Source of the DNA: the human T2T-CHM13v2.0 reference genome, Homo sapiens
Direction: 5' to 3' (one strand)
DNA: 64,000 bases
Assembly: GCF_009914755.1 (NCBI RefSeq)
Contig: NC_060932.1
The translations under genes and the position numbers were made by a program. How positions within the stretch are numbered: position 1 is the first letter of the stretch; the number at the start of each line of letters is the position of its first letter. This document shows, piece by piece, positions 41,915 through 55,934 of this stretch. The notes below the pieces were generated by a model. That model ran no database searches. It was not told where the DNA came from and saw only the letters and a list, made by a program, of their open reading frames with translations.

Positions 41915-44900
41915 GGGATTATGTGAACACCCTTTCTCAACATATAGATTCTTTCAGAATATTAAGTGTGAAGCAGAGACATACATATTTACCTACTTAG
42001 AAAAGGTATACAACTACCTCTGTATTATTTGCTTTAAGCCTTTATTTTTAGATAAACTATTATATCCCCAAAGTATTTTCACATAGCTGTGGAATCCCAA
42101 TACACTTTTTGTCAACAACTCTGTCAGAACAGAATTCATTCAAAAACATTATTTTTTGAACCAAGACTTATTTTGTCATCTCCAGAAATATTGAGGAGAG
42201 TAGAACTGACAAGATAATAGCCTTGATTATGCCTTCTGAGCGTCTGAGTGAGGCACAAAGCTGAATCACAAACATGTCTTACATAAGATGGATCCACCTC
42301 TAAATACATTTTTATACTAGAGAAATTTACTTGCAATCCATGCCATCATTTTTTATTTCTAGTATGTTACTAATGCTTTTAGTTCCACAGCAAACCAGTG
42401 GAAATATATATTTATGTGGGGCTCTGAAACGGCTTCTCAATCATGTCTTCCAATGGAAATATATGGGAATGCAAATAAAACTTTGTGGGCAAGATGTTCT
42501 TTTCAGTGTTGTTTACGTAGTTAAAAAAGGAGAATTATTCTGAATTCACAGATTTGGAAGAAGTAAACGTCATTAAGATTTTAAATCATAATTTAAAAGT
42601 ACTTATGATGGAGTTTTATTGAAATAGAAAGATAACTTTAATAAGGTAAAAGCCTCAAACCAGCATATAATATTATTGGTAATGGTTTATTAATACGTAA
42701 ATTCTCAAATCTCTCAGTCTCTATTTCTTAACAACATAGCAGGGTTAACGTTGTTTAAAGAAAACACTCTTAACACTTTGGTAGCGCTCTGAAATATTTT
42801 AATGGCCTGAATGTATCAAACAACATTTCTCAATAATAGAATGACTCAAAGTAACAATTGCTTAGAAGAAGTGTTGCAGATCAAAATTACACTTCAAATT
42901 GAAGCTAATTTTAAAAATCCTTATATAGCCTCATAATATGTAGGCAGTAGAAGAAATTTCGTGATTGTCGAAATAACTAATTTTACAGATGAGGAAACAA
43001 TTTCAGCTACTTAGAAGCCAAAAAGACAAGCTGATTTTCTCTTATCTCACTGTTCAGGGCTCATTCTCTGAGATAAAGTCAAACTCTTCCTGAGAAAAAT
43101 CTGTATAACATTTCTCAAACTGAGAAGTGGTTTCTTTAAATTCATTATTGTTCTAAGCCTCACTTAACAAAACAAAACCAAACCGAAACCCAAACACCAT
43201 GTAAAGTGAAATTTAAAATGTAGTATTTGATTGTTTTGATTTATTTTAAATTATCCTTTCTACCTTTTGTCTTGATTGGATAAAGGCAGTATAAACTGGT
43301 TCTATGCAATTAAGAGTAGTTCTGTGCAATGAAAATGAAGTCTTATTTTAACTCTTATTTGAACTGACTCATAGTTCAGTGTGTTAGATGAAAATTAGAA
43401 TAAGCATAATATATAAAAGGCTAATGAGTTTTAGTAAAAATTGAAGTGATGGAAATTTTTATATATTGAATTGGGAGTCTGTTAAGATTTTTTTCCCCTT
43501 CATACAAAGCTGAGTTTGGGAAAAGATTAGAGTATTTTGAATTCAATACCCTTTGAACTGTCATCACAAAGATTTACTTAAAAAAAAATCTATGGCAGAA
43601 TTGTGAGGAGCTTTTCTTGGAAGGAAGTAAAACCACATTAGAAGTACTATGACAATAGCACTTTTCCAGGAAGTAAAAGAAATCAGGTCATGCTTAATGA
43701 AATCAGGCAGCAATCCTAGTCAACTGGAATGGTCTGGCCTCTTTTTCTCGTGTGGGTTTTGTGGAAATCAGTTTATGAAATTCCTCTGGGTGCTTTGTCT
43801 TATACACTTCTGTTCTCTTTCTTTTTCTTTTCTTCAAATTTTATTTTAAATTCAGTGGTACATGTGCAGGATGTGCAGGTTTGTTACACAGGTAAATGTG
43901 TGCCATGGTGGTTTGCTGAATAGATCATCCCATCACCTAAGTGTTAAGCCCTGCATCCATTAGTTATTCTTCCTGATGCTCTCCCTCTTCCTGCCCCCCA
44001 CCAAAAGGCCCCAGTGTGTGTTGTTCCCCTCTATGTGTCCGTGTGTTCTCATCATTCAGCTCCTACTTATAAGTGAGAGCATGTGGTGTTTGGTTTTCTA
44101 TTCCTGTGTTAGTTTGTTGAGGATAATGGCTTCCAACTCCATCCATGTCTCTGCAAAGGATGTAATCTCTTTTGTTTTTATGGCTGCATAGTATTCAATG
44201 GTGTATATGTACCATATTTTCTTTATCCAGTCTCTCATTGATGGGCATTTAGGTTGATTCCATGTCTTTGCTATTGTGAATAGTGCTGCAGTGAACATAT
44301 GCATGCATGTATCTTTATAATAGAATGATTTACATTCCTTTGGGTATATACCCAGTAATGGGTAAAATGGTATTTCTGCCTCTAGGTCTTTGAGGAATCT
44401 CCACACTATCTTCCACAATGGTTGAACTAATAATTTACTCTCCCACAAATAGTGTGAAAGCATTCCTTTTTCTCCACAACCTCATCAGCATCTGTTGTTT
44501 TTTGACTTTTTAATAATAGCCATTTTGACTGATATGAGATGATATCTCACTGTGCTTTTGATTTGCATTTCTCTAATGATCAGCAATGTTAAGCTGTTTT
44601 TCATGTTTGCTGGCCACATATATGTCTTCTTTTGAGAAGTGTCTGTTCATGCCCTTTGTCCACATTTTAATGGGGTTGTTTGTTTTTTCTTGTAAATTTG
44701 TTTAAGTACCTTGTAGATGCTGGATATTAGACCTTTGTCAGATGGGTAGATTGCAAAAATTTTCTCCCATTTTGTAGGATGTCTGTTCACTTTGATGATA
44801 GTTTCTTTAATTAGGAATGGGCAAAGATTGTCTAATGAAAACACCAAATGCAATGGAGACAAAAGCAAAATTGGACAAATTCAATCTTTAATTATAATAG

Positions 44901-46178
44901 AATAATTTATATTCCTTTGGGTATATACCCAGTAATGGGTCAAATGGTATTTCTGATCTTTAATTAGACCCAATTTGTCCTGAATGGTATTTCCTAAATT
45001 TTCTTCTAGGGTTTTTATAGTTTCACGTTTTTCATTTAAGTCTTTAATCCATCTTGAGGTAATTTTTGTATATGGCATAAGAAAGAGGTCCAGTTTCAAT
45101 TTTCCTGCATATGGCTAGCCAGTTCTCCCAACACAATTTATTAAATAAGGAATACTTTCCCCATTGCTTGTTTTTGTCAGGTTTGCTGACAGGTCAGATG
45201 GTTGTATGTTTGTGGTCTTATTTCTGAGCTCTCTATTCTGTTCCATTTTTCTATGTGTCTGTTCTTGTACTAGTACCATGCAGGTTTTCTGTTTTGGTTA
45301 CTGTATCATTGTAGTATAGTTTGAAGTCAAGTAGCATGATATCCCCAACTTTGTTCTTTTTGCTTAGGATTGTCTTGGATATTTAGGCTCTTTCGTTGTT
45401 CCATATAAATTCTAAAATAGTTTTTTTCTAATACAGTGAAGAATGTCAATGGTAGTTTAATGGGAATAGCATAGAGCCTATAATTTACTTTAAGCAGTAT
45501 GGCCATTTTCATGATATCGATTCTTCTTATCCATGAGCATGGAATGGTTTTCCATTTGTTTACATCCTCTCTGACTTATTTGAGAAGTGGTTTGTAGTTC
45601 TTCTTGAAGAGATCTTTCACTTCCTCTGTTAGCTGTATTCCTAGGTATTTTATTCCTTTTGTGGCAATTGTGAATAGGAGTTCATTCATGATTTAAATCT
45701 CAGTTTGTTTGTTGTTGCTGTATAGGAATGCTAGTGATTTTTGCATATTAGTTTTGTATCCTGAGACTTTGCCGAAGTTGCTTATCAGCTTAGGAAACTT
45801 TTGGGCTGAGACGATGGCGTTTTCTGGGTACGGGATCATGTCATCTGCAAACAAAGATAGTTTGATGTCCTCTCTTCCTGTTTGAATATGCTTTATTTCT
45901 TTCCTTTGCCTGACTGCCCTGGGCAGAACTTCCAAAATTATATTGAATGGGAGTGGTGAGAGTGGGCATCCTTGTCATGTGCCTGTTTTCAAGGGGAATG
46001 CTTACAGCCTTTGTGCTTTTGGTATGATATTGGCTGTGGGTTTGTCATATATGGCTCTTATTATGTTAAGGTATGTTCCTTCAGTACATAGTTTATTGAG
46101 AGCTTTTAACTTGAAGGGATGTTGAATTCTATTGAAGGCCTTTTGTGCATCTATTGAGATAATTATGTGGGTTTTACC

Positions 46179-46477
46179 TTTTTTTTTTTTTTTTTGGTGA
46201 TGGAGTCTTACTCTGCTGTCCAGGCTGAAGTTCAGTCTCATAATCTTGGCTCACTGTAACCTCTGCCTCCTGGGTTCAAGTGATCCTCCTGCCTCAGCCC
46301 CCAAGTAGCTAGGATTACAGGGGACTGCCACTACTCCAAGCTAATTTTTGTATTTCTGGTAGAGATGGGGTTTCATCATGTTGGCCAGGCTAGTCTCAAA
46401 CTCCTGACCTCAGGTGATCCACCCGCTTTGGCCTCCCAAAGTGCTGGGATTACAGGAGTGAGCCACAATGCCTAGCC
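46179..46477 (-). mobile_element. AluS inserted in L1 ORF2
   Basis: Poly(T) then antisense dimer; degenerate TSD GGTTTTACCTT / GGTTTTGTCTT; L1 is collinear on both sides. Confidence 0.95.
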
Positions 46478-48581
46478 AGGTTTTGTCTTTAGTTCTGTTT
46501 CTGTGATGAATTACATTTATTGATTTGCATATGTTGAAGCAACCTTGCATCCTAGGAATGAACCTACTTGATTGTGGTGGATAAGCTTTTTGATGTGCTA
46601 CTGGATTCGGCTTGCCAATATTTTTTTGAGGATTTTTCCATTGATTTTCATCCAGAATATCAGCCTGAAGTTTTCTTTTTTTGTTGTTGTTGTATCTCTG
46701 CCAGGTTTTGGTATTAGGGTGATGCTGGCCTCATAGAATGAATTAGAGAGGAGTCCTCCTTTACATTTTTTGGGGATACTTACAGTAGAAATAGTAGGAG
46801 CTCTTATTTGTCCCTGTGGTAGAATTCAGCTGTCAGTCCATCTGGTCCTTGGATTTTTTTGGTTTCTAGGCTATTTATTACTGCCTCAATTTCAGAACTT
46901 GTTACTGGTCTATTCAGGAATTCAGTTTCTTCCTGGTTCAGTCTTCGGAGGGTGTATGTGTCCAGGAATGTATCAATTTCTTCCAGATTTTCTAGTTTAT
47001 GTACACAGAGGTACTTGCATTCTCTGATGGTTGTTTGTATTTCTGTGGGGTCAGTGATGCTATCCCACTTATCATTTCTAATTGTGTTTATTTGATTCCT
47101 CTTTTTTTCTTCTTTATTACTCTAGCTAGTGGTTTTTTAAATTAATTTTTTCAAAAAACCAGCTCTTGGATTCATTGATTTTTTGAAGGGTTTTTTCATG
47201 TCTCCATCTCTTTTAGTTCAGCTCTGATTTTGGTTATTTCTTGTCTTCTTCTAGCTTTGGGGTTTGTTTGCTCTTGATTCTCTAGGTTTTTTTTTTTTTT
47301 TGTCATGATGTTAGGTTGTGAATTTGAGATCTTTCTAGCTCTTCGATGTGGGCATTTAGTACTATAAATTTTCCTCCTGACACTGCTTTAGTTGTGTCCC
47401 AGAGATTCTGGTATGTTGTCTTTATGTTCTCATTAGTTTAAAAGAACTTCTTGATTTTTGCCTTTATTCTATTATTTACCCTAGAGTCATTCAGGAGCAG
47501 ATTGTTCAGTTTTTATGTAGTTGTGTGGTTTTGAGTGGATTTCTTAATCTTGAGTTCTAATCTGATTGCATTGTGGCTGAGAGACTGTTATGACTTCAGT
47601 TCTTTTGCATTTGCTGAAGAGTATTCTACTTCTGGTTATATGATCAATTTTAGATCATGTGACATGTGGCAATGAGAAGAATGTATACTCTATTGTTTTT
47701 AGGTGGAGAGTTCTGAAGGTGTCTATCAGGTCCACTTCATCCGGAGCTGAGTTCAGAATCTTGAATGTGTTTGTTAATTTTCTGTCTCAATGACCTAGTA
47801 TTGTCAGTGGGATGTTAAATTCTCCCAGTATTATTGTGTAGGGGTCTAAGTCTTTTTGTACGTCTCTAAGAACTTGCTTTATGAGTTTGGATGCTGCTGT
47901 ATTGGGTGCATATATATTTGGGATAGTTAGCTCTTCTTGTTGAACTGAACCCTTTGCCATTATATAATGCCCTTCTTTGTCTTTTTTGATCTCTGCTCAT
48001 TTAAAGTCTGTTTTTTCAGAGACTAGGATTGCAACCTCTTTTTTTTTCTGTTTTCCATTTACTTGGTAAATTTTCCTCCATTCCCTTATGTTGAGCCTAT
48101 GTGTATCTGCATGTGAGATGGGTTGCTTGAAGACAGCATACCAATGGATCTTGGCTCTTTATCCATCTTGCCACTCTGTGACTTTTAATTAGGATATTTA
48201 GTCTATTTACATTTAAAGTTAGTATTCTTATGTGTGGATTCGATCCTGTCATCTTTATGCTAGCAAGTTATTTTGCAGACTTGTTTATGTGTTGCTTCAC
48301 AGTGTCACTGGTCTGTGTACTTCAGTGTGTTTCTATAGTGACTGGTAATAGTTTTTACTTTCCATATTTAGTGCTTCCACCAGGAGCTCTTGCAAGGCAG
48401 GCCTGGTGGTGACAAATTCCCTCAGCATTTACTTGTATGGAAAGGATCTGATTTCTCCTTCACTTATGAAGTTTAGTTTGGCCGGATATAAAATTCTGGT
48501 TTGGAAATTCTTTTTAAGAATGTTGAATATCGGGCCCCAAATTTCTTCTGGCTTGTAGAGTTTCCACTGATCAGTCTACTG

Positions 48582-49233
48582 TTAGCCCGAGGATTTCCCT
48601 TTGTACCTGACATGGCCTTTCTCTAAGGCTGCCCTTAACATTTTTTTCTTCATTTTAACCTTGGAGAATATGAGGATTTTGTGTCCTGGGGCTGATCTTC
48701 TCATGGAGTATCTTACTGGGATTTTTTGCATTTCCTGAATTTGAATGTTGCCCTGTCTTGCTAGGTTAAGGATGTTCTCCTGGGTAATATCCTGAAGCAT
48801 GTTTTCCAGCTTGGTTTCATTCTCCCCATCTCTTTCAGGTACCCCAGTCAATCATAGGTTCAGTCTCTTTACATAATCCTATAATTCTCAGAGGTTTTGT
48901 TCATTCTTTTTTCTCTATTCTTGTCTGCCTGTCTTATTTTCAAAAGACAGTCTTCAAGCTTGAGATCCTTTCCTCCCCTTGGTCTATTCTGTTAGTAATA
49001 CTTGTAATAGCATTGTGAAGTTCTTATAGTGTATTTTTCAACTTTATCAGGTCAGTTATGCTCCTTTCTAAGTTGGCTGTTCTGACTGTTGGCTCCTGTA
49101 TTGTTTTATCATGATTCTTAGCTTTTTTGCATTTGGTTACAGCATGTTCCTTTAGCTCTGCCAAGTTCATTATTATCCACCTTCTGAAGCCTACTTCTGT
49201 CAATTCAGCCATCTCAGCCTTAGCCCAGTTCAT
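48582..49233 (-). pseudogene. Disrupted L1 ORF1p remnant
   Basis: GVPERDGENETKLENMLQDITQENILNLARQGNIQIQEMQ matches L1 ORF1p; broken into several frames. Confidence 0.85.
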
Positions 49234-51004
49234 AGCCCTTGCTGGAGAGGTGTTGCAGTCATTTGGAGGAGAAGAGGCACTCTGGCTTTTTGAGTTTTCA
49301 GCATTTTTTCATTGATTTGTTCTCATCTTTATGGGCTTATCTACCTTTGATCTTTGAGGTTGCTGACTATTAAATGGGGCTTTTGTGGGGTCTTTTTGGA
49401 TGATGTTCTTGTTGTTCTCTTTCTTTTCTCTTTCTTCTTTCTTTCTTTCTTTTTTCTTCTTTTTTTTTTTAAACAGTCTGGTCATTCTATTGTAGTAGGC
49501 CTGCTGTGGTTTGCTGGGACTCTAGTTGCCTCAGTTTTTCTCATACCTGGTGGTATCACCAGTGAAAGCTGTGAAACAGCAAAGATAGCAAGTTGTTCCT
49601 TCTTCTGGAAACTCTGTCCCAGGGGTTTACAGATTTGTTGCCAGTCCAAACGCACCTGTAGGAGGTGGCTGAAGACCCCTGTTGAGAGGTCTCACCCAGT
49701 CAAGAGGAATGGAATCAGGGACCTGCTTAAAGAACCAGTCTGGCTGCTTTTTGTAGAGCAGGTATGTTGCATTGGAGGGGACCCTTCCTCATCCAGACCA
49801 TTTGGACTATCCAAAGCTGGAAGACTGGAATGGCTTGGTTGACAAAACTACAGAGTTGGTGGCTGCCTGTCCCCCTAGAAGCTTTATTCCAGGGAGGGAG
49901 CAGAGGTCTCTACATATAACCCTGGCTGGAGTGGCTGAAGCCCCCACAGGGAGGTCCTGCCCAGTGAGGAAGAATGAATCAGGGTCTCACTTAAAGAAGC
50001 AGTCTGGCCACAAGCTGGCAAGGCAGCTGTGCTGTGTGGTGGGGGATGCTTCCTCATCCAGACCATTAGGGCTCTCCAAAGCTGGAAGTCTGTAATAGCT
50101 GAATGAACTGCACTGCAGAGATGGTGGCCACTCCTCTTCCCTGGGACTCGGTCCCACCTCAGGCAGACTCCAGCCTGCTGCTGTTGGCTGGCTGGGATTC
50201 CAAGACAGTGGGTCTTAGCTTGTGAGGTGGTGTGGAAGTGGGGCCCACAGAATGATGCTGCTTGGCTCCTTGGATTCAGCCCCTTTCCTAGGGGAATGCA
50301 TGAACAGATCTCCTGTTTTCTCAGGGGTCCCAGGGCCAGAATATATAAAACTCCTGGGTCTCTGTGTGTGCCTGAGCAACTGCTCTGCCAAGACTCCACA
50401 CACCTCTGTGTGTGGCCTTAGTGGTGTGCAGGTTGCAAAGATCTTTGAGAGAAGCATGATTTCCTAGGTGGGATTGCACAATCACTTACCACTTCTCTTG
50501 GATGGGGGTGAGGGTTCCTTTGGCTCTCTGCCTCTCCTGGGTGGGCCATTGCCCCACCCTGCTTTTCTTCATTCTCAGTGAATTGAGTGGTTTGCCTTGC
50601 CAGTCCCAATGTGAGAACCTGGATGCTTCAGTTGAAGGCACTGAATTCACTTGTCCCTGTCATTCCTCTCTGTGAGTGCTGTGGACTACAGCTGCTTCTA
50701 ATCAGCCATCTTGACCCCTCAATCCATTTCCGTTTTCTAATCCAAAATATATTATGAACAGAAGTACATACAATAGAAGGGAAAGGAAATTAACATGGTT
50801 AAGCACCGATTCTATTGGCCAACATCATGCTAGGAGTATCTATTATCTCATTTCATACAAAGGGAAGAGAAGTTGCTATAACAACTGTAACCATGTACAA
50901 TGTAATGGTAATATCTAGATATATAAAATATATATTTGCCTTGTGAGTTTGGAATGGAGTAAAAAGAAGAGAACTAGCATTAAATAAGCAACCCATTTTT
51001 ATTT

Positions 51005-51270
51005 CTTCGATGGATATCTACTGAGTACTTACTATGTGCCAGACTGTTATATGTACTAGGGATAGAGTAGTGAATGAGACAGTCATTGTTCTCTTGGAGT
51101 TTACATTCTGCTCTAGTGAGACAGATATTAAATACATAAGTCAGCAAACACATATTAGATTGTTATAAATGCTAAGCAAAGACTTGGACAAGCGTGATTG
51201 ACATGTAGTGGCTGGCTGTCTAAATTGGACGGGTAGGGATGGTTTTCCTGTGCAGATGAGAATATGATGA
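51005..51270 (-). mobile_element. L2 3' end
   Basis: ATCTACTGAGTACTTACTATGTGCCAGAC...GGAGTTTACATTCT. Confidence 0.65.
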
Positions 51271-51427
51271 GAATATACAACATTTTACTTCGTCTTTGCC
51301 AGAACCCTGGATTTAATGACCCTGAGTTACTAAGCCTTCTTATTTTACAAAGCTAAGGAGATAAAGTTTATGTCATAAGTCACATAGTTATTACATTTTC
51401 TTCCCAAATTCATGCTGAGATCTCAAC

Positions 51428-51742
<315 letters not shown>

Positions 51743-52749
51743 TAATACACTTTGATGAATAATGGAGATTTCTTTTTTCTTTTCAAGATTCTGCACTTCT
51801 GAAGAAATTATAGCTCATGAGGAGCAAGGTGGGCCTCCCACAATAATTACAAGAAAATGCCAGGACAATGTGTTCATTTTTTTCTCCTTTAACCCAACAA
51901 AGTAATTAATAGAGGAAATGATGCTTATCACTACTCTTAAACTTTTCAGCAGATATCTTCCCTGTGGTAAACACTGAAAGATCCATTTTCTGGCTGGCTG
52001 ATTTGTTTGTTTGTTTTGAAAATCTTTGCCTCTCTGGAAAGCATGTTTGTCCTAGAATGTAGTATGATTGCCAAAGTCCCACACTGAGGACTGCTCCTCA
52101 GGATGGCCTCATACAGAATGTGTGAATTTCCATCATCAGCTAAAATGTGAACTTGAACAATAGACAGTTGGCTTCCCTCCAGTCCTAAATAAAGCTGTGT
52201 AAGAACGATGTAAAATTCTCCCTGTATCCATGTGGGAGGTGGGGCTGAAAGCTTGCAATTCATCTGATGCTGTTTGGAGACTTTCTCCTTAAGAAACTCA
52301 CCCCTTTCACCTGTTCCAGGGAACTAGGAGGGCTCCTCTTTTCCCAAAGTGACCTCCACTTACATTGCACTTGCGGCACCTAAGAAATAATGAGTGGCAC
52401 CTTTTCCCTGTGGGCTCAGCAGTAGCCTCTGTGCTTCTAAGCCTTGAATTTCTGTTGAGGATTCCTAGCCACATGATTCTCTTCTAACATGAACTTAGCA
52501 TAATTTTGTAAAATTTCTAGACTACTTTGTGATTGATTCTTTGGTTTTCTTTTACTTTTTCCTTTTGCCAAATACTATCACATTCCAAAGTTCAATACTT
52601 CACTCACTGCTTTCCTCTATTAAAGCAAGTCCCAGCACATGGTGTACTTTCTTTTCATTCTTGTAGTAATCATTTATTTTAGAGTTTCAGTTACTGTGTT
52701 TGGCATAAGAGTTATTCAAAGTGAACCAGGCCAAGATTTTGCTCTAGAG

Positions 52750-53993
52750 GCACTTACGATCTCTAATTTCCCCTGAATTTCTATCCTGTATCTTCCACTC
52801 TCTATAGGGCATCTTCCTCTTGATATCCTATCATTTTCTTCTACTTATTAACCGCTCTCCTCCTCCACTCCCTAAACCAATTATTCTCCTGCAATTTTTC
52901 TGTTTTTTGTCAATGGTGCCATCACCCCTTCAACAGTCTTTCCCTGTTATCAAGTCTTTAAATCTTGCCATGTTTTCCTTTCATGTTTGTTGCTGTCTTT
53001 CCACTCCAGTGGAAAGAACCTTTGTCACGGACCTTATCAGCTCATCAACAGAGCTACTGCAATACTCTCTTAATTTTCTTTCTGCCTCTGAATATCGTCT
53101 CTTTCAGTCATTCCTAGACACCTGTCACTGCCATCTTCAATTTTCCAAGGCACCTTGTAATCTAACACGGGACTATTGAGAACCCTCTGAGGCTGCCATT
53201 ATCTTGGCTTTCATGATCTCCCACATTGAGACTATTTGACCTCTAAAGTTTTCCCCAGTCACCCTGGTATAGATGTTCCATGCCAGCCAGATTGGCTCCC
53301 TGTGCATTGTTACTTTTGCTTTTAACTTCTTGATATCTTCCCCACACACCCCTACCCACACACAAATAGTTTACCCTTCCACTCCTATGCACGTAGCTTA
53401 ATCCTGTCTTATAAATCTTGCCCAAGTCTGACTTATTTTTCAAAACCTTCATAAGTCCAACAGCAGTCAGAGATTCTTCTCTCCTCTAATGACCTGCAGC
53501 ACTCACCCTGCCCTCCTTTGGACTGCTGTATTATAGTCACTTGACTGTCTCTGCTACCACTTTCCTCTTTGCTTGCTTTTTCCAGCCCCTCTGGGGTCTT
53601 GGCTCTTTCTGGAACACACCAAGCAACCTCCTTTGGGAAGGAGGGATTTTGTACTCTTAGTTTCCCTTGCCTGGAACACTTCTCCTTGAGATAAGCATAT
53701 GATCTGCTCCCATACTTCCATTAGGCTTCTGCCCAACTTTCATCACTGACCATCAACTAAATTAGAAACGCCCGTCAATATCTCTCCCCTTATATTGCTC
53801 TATAATTCTCACAGCACTTTTAGCATTTGACATTTTCGTTATCATTTGTGTATCTATTGAACAACTCCTGCAGTAGAATGGGAGCTCCATATGGGCAGGA
53901 ATTTTGCCTACTGTGTATATTACTCTGTTCCCAGTGATTAAATAAAATCTGACACCTAGTGATACTCGATGTTTATTAAAAATACATGAATAA
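52750..53993 (+). mobile_element. L2 remnants including a 3' end
   Basis: Pyrimidine-rich L2 text; CCTTGCCTGGAACACTTCTCC; TAGAATGGGAGCTCCATATGGGCAGGAATTTTG. Confidence 0.65.
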
Positions 53994-54374
53994 CTCTTTA
54001 TGCCTGCCTAGTTCCTTCAGAGTCAGAAAGTCTCCTAAAATGTATAAGATCTTAACTAGCACCTAGGAGGGATCCAGTTACCTCTGTTGCCATTGTTCCA
54101 TGACTGAAACCACTCCCTGTTAAGGTGACCATGGTAGATAGACACATCAAAACCCCATTTTCTGGCCTTATTGTTCATTTTGTAACATTGTAAACTATTA
54201 AACACAGTCTCCTTCTCAAATCCTCCCCTTTCCTTGGCCTCTAAGAATCTGGTCTCTTCTCCATCTCTGCCTGTTCCTGCTTACTTTCCAGATGTTTTTT
54301 AGGTGTTCCTGTCCTCTGGGTGTTCACTCTGTGGACATCTCCAGCTCTCTTATCCTCTTGAATGATTTAATGTT

Positions 54375-55020
54375 TGGTCAATTCTCATTATCATTGTTAT
54401 CATATTTGCACATTTACTTAATTGCTAAAATGTATTTTTAACCCCCAAATCAATACTCCTTACACTTTGATGGTAAAAGCTGAGAAAAATTTGAGTCACC
54501 TGACTTGGATGTTCTCAACTGAGGTCAAGGAGGCTACACTGCCTTCTCATTTCAGCTCTCACATTTTATGCAAGCCTCCTTGTTACAGTGTTTTTAGTGC
54601 CACATTTTTCACATGATTGTGTTTTTGTTGGTGATTTCACTGTTTAAAATGGCTTCCAGGCAAGGTGCTATCTACTGCTGCTAAGCACGAAATGGCTGTG
54701 ATGTCTTACAGAGAAAATATATACATTTGACAAGCTTCGTTTAGGCATCAGTTAGGGTGCTGTTGGCTTTTCAATTTCAAGGAATCAAATATAAATAAAT
54801 AAATATATACACACACACATATATATATAATAAGGTGTTTTTAAGCAGAAACACACATAAAACAATGTTATGTATTGATCAGTGGATGAAAATGTGTGAA
54901 GAGAGGCTCACAGGAACCTAACCATGTATTTCCCCAAGGAGCAACATCTTAGTATTTGCTAATTTAGTGCACTCAGTGAATTTATAAAGCATAATCATAG
55001 CAGACAATGAGAATCAACTA
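54375..55020. mobile_element. MER82 (TcMar-Tigger) non-autonomous element
   Basis: TIR-like ends GTCAATTCTCATT / AATGAGAATCAAC; internal CCCCAAATCAATACTC and GAGGCTCACAGGAACCTAACC. Confidence 0.85.
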
Positions 55021-55116
55021 TACCTTTGTTTTTATTTGACCATGACTCCTAAAGCTGTATCTCCAGGCAGAGCAGTTTCCCAAGCCCCTCTGCAGTCTTC
55101 TTTGCCTTCATTTTGG

Positions 55117-55930
55117 TGAAATGGGAGAGTTCCCTTATCCCCCTCACAGGACATGTGACAGGGGTGTGGCTCATTCCTTCGGTGCTCAAATCCCTAGGGG
55201 GAGCATGCAGATGGGCACGTGCAGAGGCCATGGGGAGCGCTTTTGGGCTCTGGCCCTGTGGCAGCATCTAGGGGTGGGTGTCTGCAACTCCCAAAGCCCA
55301 AGTGGGCATGTGTATTACAGTGTGCTCTTTCAGCTTTGCTGTCAGCAGATGTTTTGTGTTAATTAGCTCAGTAGACCCAGTGTGACAGCTTTTTGTGTCC
55401 TGAGCTCTTGTCCAGTGTACCGGAAAAATTGGATCATGTGTGGGGCCAAAGGATGAGGGCAAGCTTTTATTGAGTGTTGGAGATGACTCTCGGCCAGATG
55501 GATGGAGAGCCGGAGTCGGGGATGGAGTGGGAAGGTGATCTTCCCCTGGAGTTGGGCTGCCCAGTGGCCGGAGTCTTCCCTGACCGCCCCTGGCCAAACA
55601 GACGCCCAGAACTCCATGCCGTCTCTTCTCTCTTTCTCTGCCGCATCTTTCAGCCATCACTGGTCTGTGGTCTGCTAGTGTCTACTGGTCTGTTCCTCTG
55701 TTCCTCTTGACATTCAGCCACTTGTGTCTGTGCCCACTAATGTCTGGAGTTTATACGGGCACAGGATGGGGGACGTGGTGGGCCAGAGTGGACTTGGAGA
55801 AACGCAACATTTTGGTGTGAAAACAGGAGTGTCTGTTTTCACTTAGGTCCGTGGGCACAGGCCCAAGAGTGGAGCCCTCTCCAGGGACTCTGCTCTTCTC
55901 TACTCAGCACTTCCCTGCCCTGCCGTATCA
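55117..55930 (-). mobile_element. ERV1 solo LTR (LTR1/LTR27/LTR28-like group)
   Basis: TG...CA ends; minus strand starts TGATACGGCAGGGCAGGGAAGTGCTG; minus-strand TATAAA near 55750 and AATAAA near 55467; GC-rich island in AT-rich context. Confidence 0.8.
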
Positions 55931-55934
55931 CTGT

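Larger units (their letters stand above)
43819..50720 (-). mobile_element. Full-length, inactive old L1PA (about L1PA8-13)
   Basis: 3'UTR from 43820; ORF2 fragments 44098-46241; ORF1 fragments 48582-49233; 5' end CAAGATGGCTGATTAGAAGCAGC on the minus strand; degenerate 17-bp TSD (13/17) 43802-43818 / 50722-50738. Confidence 0.93.

Noticed and set aside
49354-50609. Cluster of ORFs up to 171 aa
   Set aside because: GC-richer L1 5'UTR with few stop codons; no recognisable protein.
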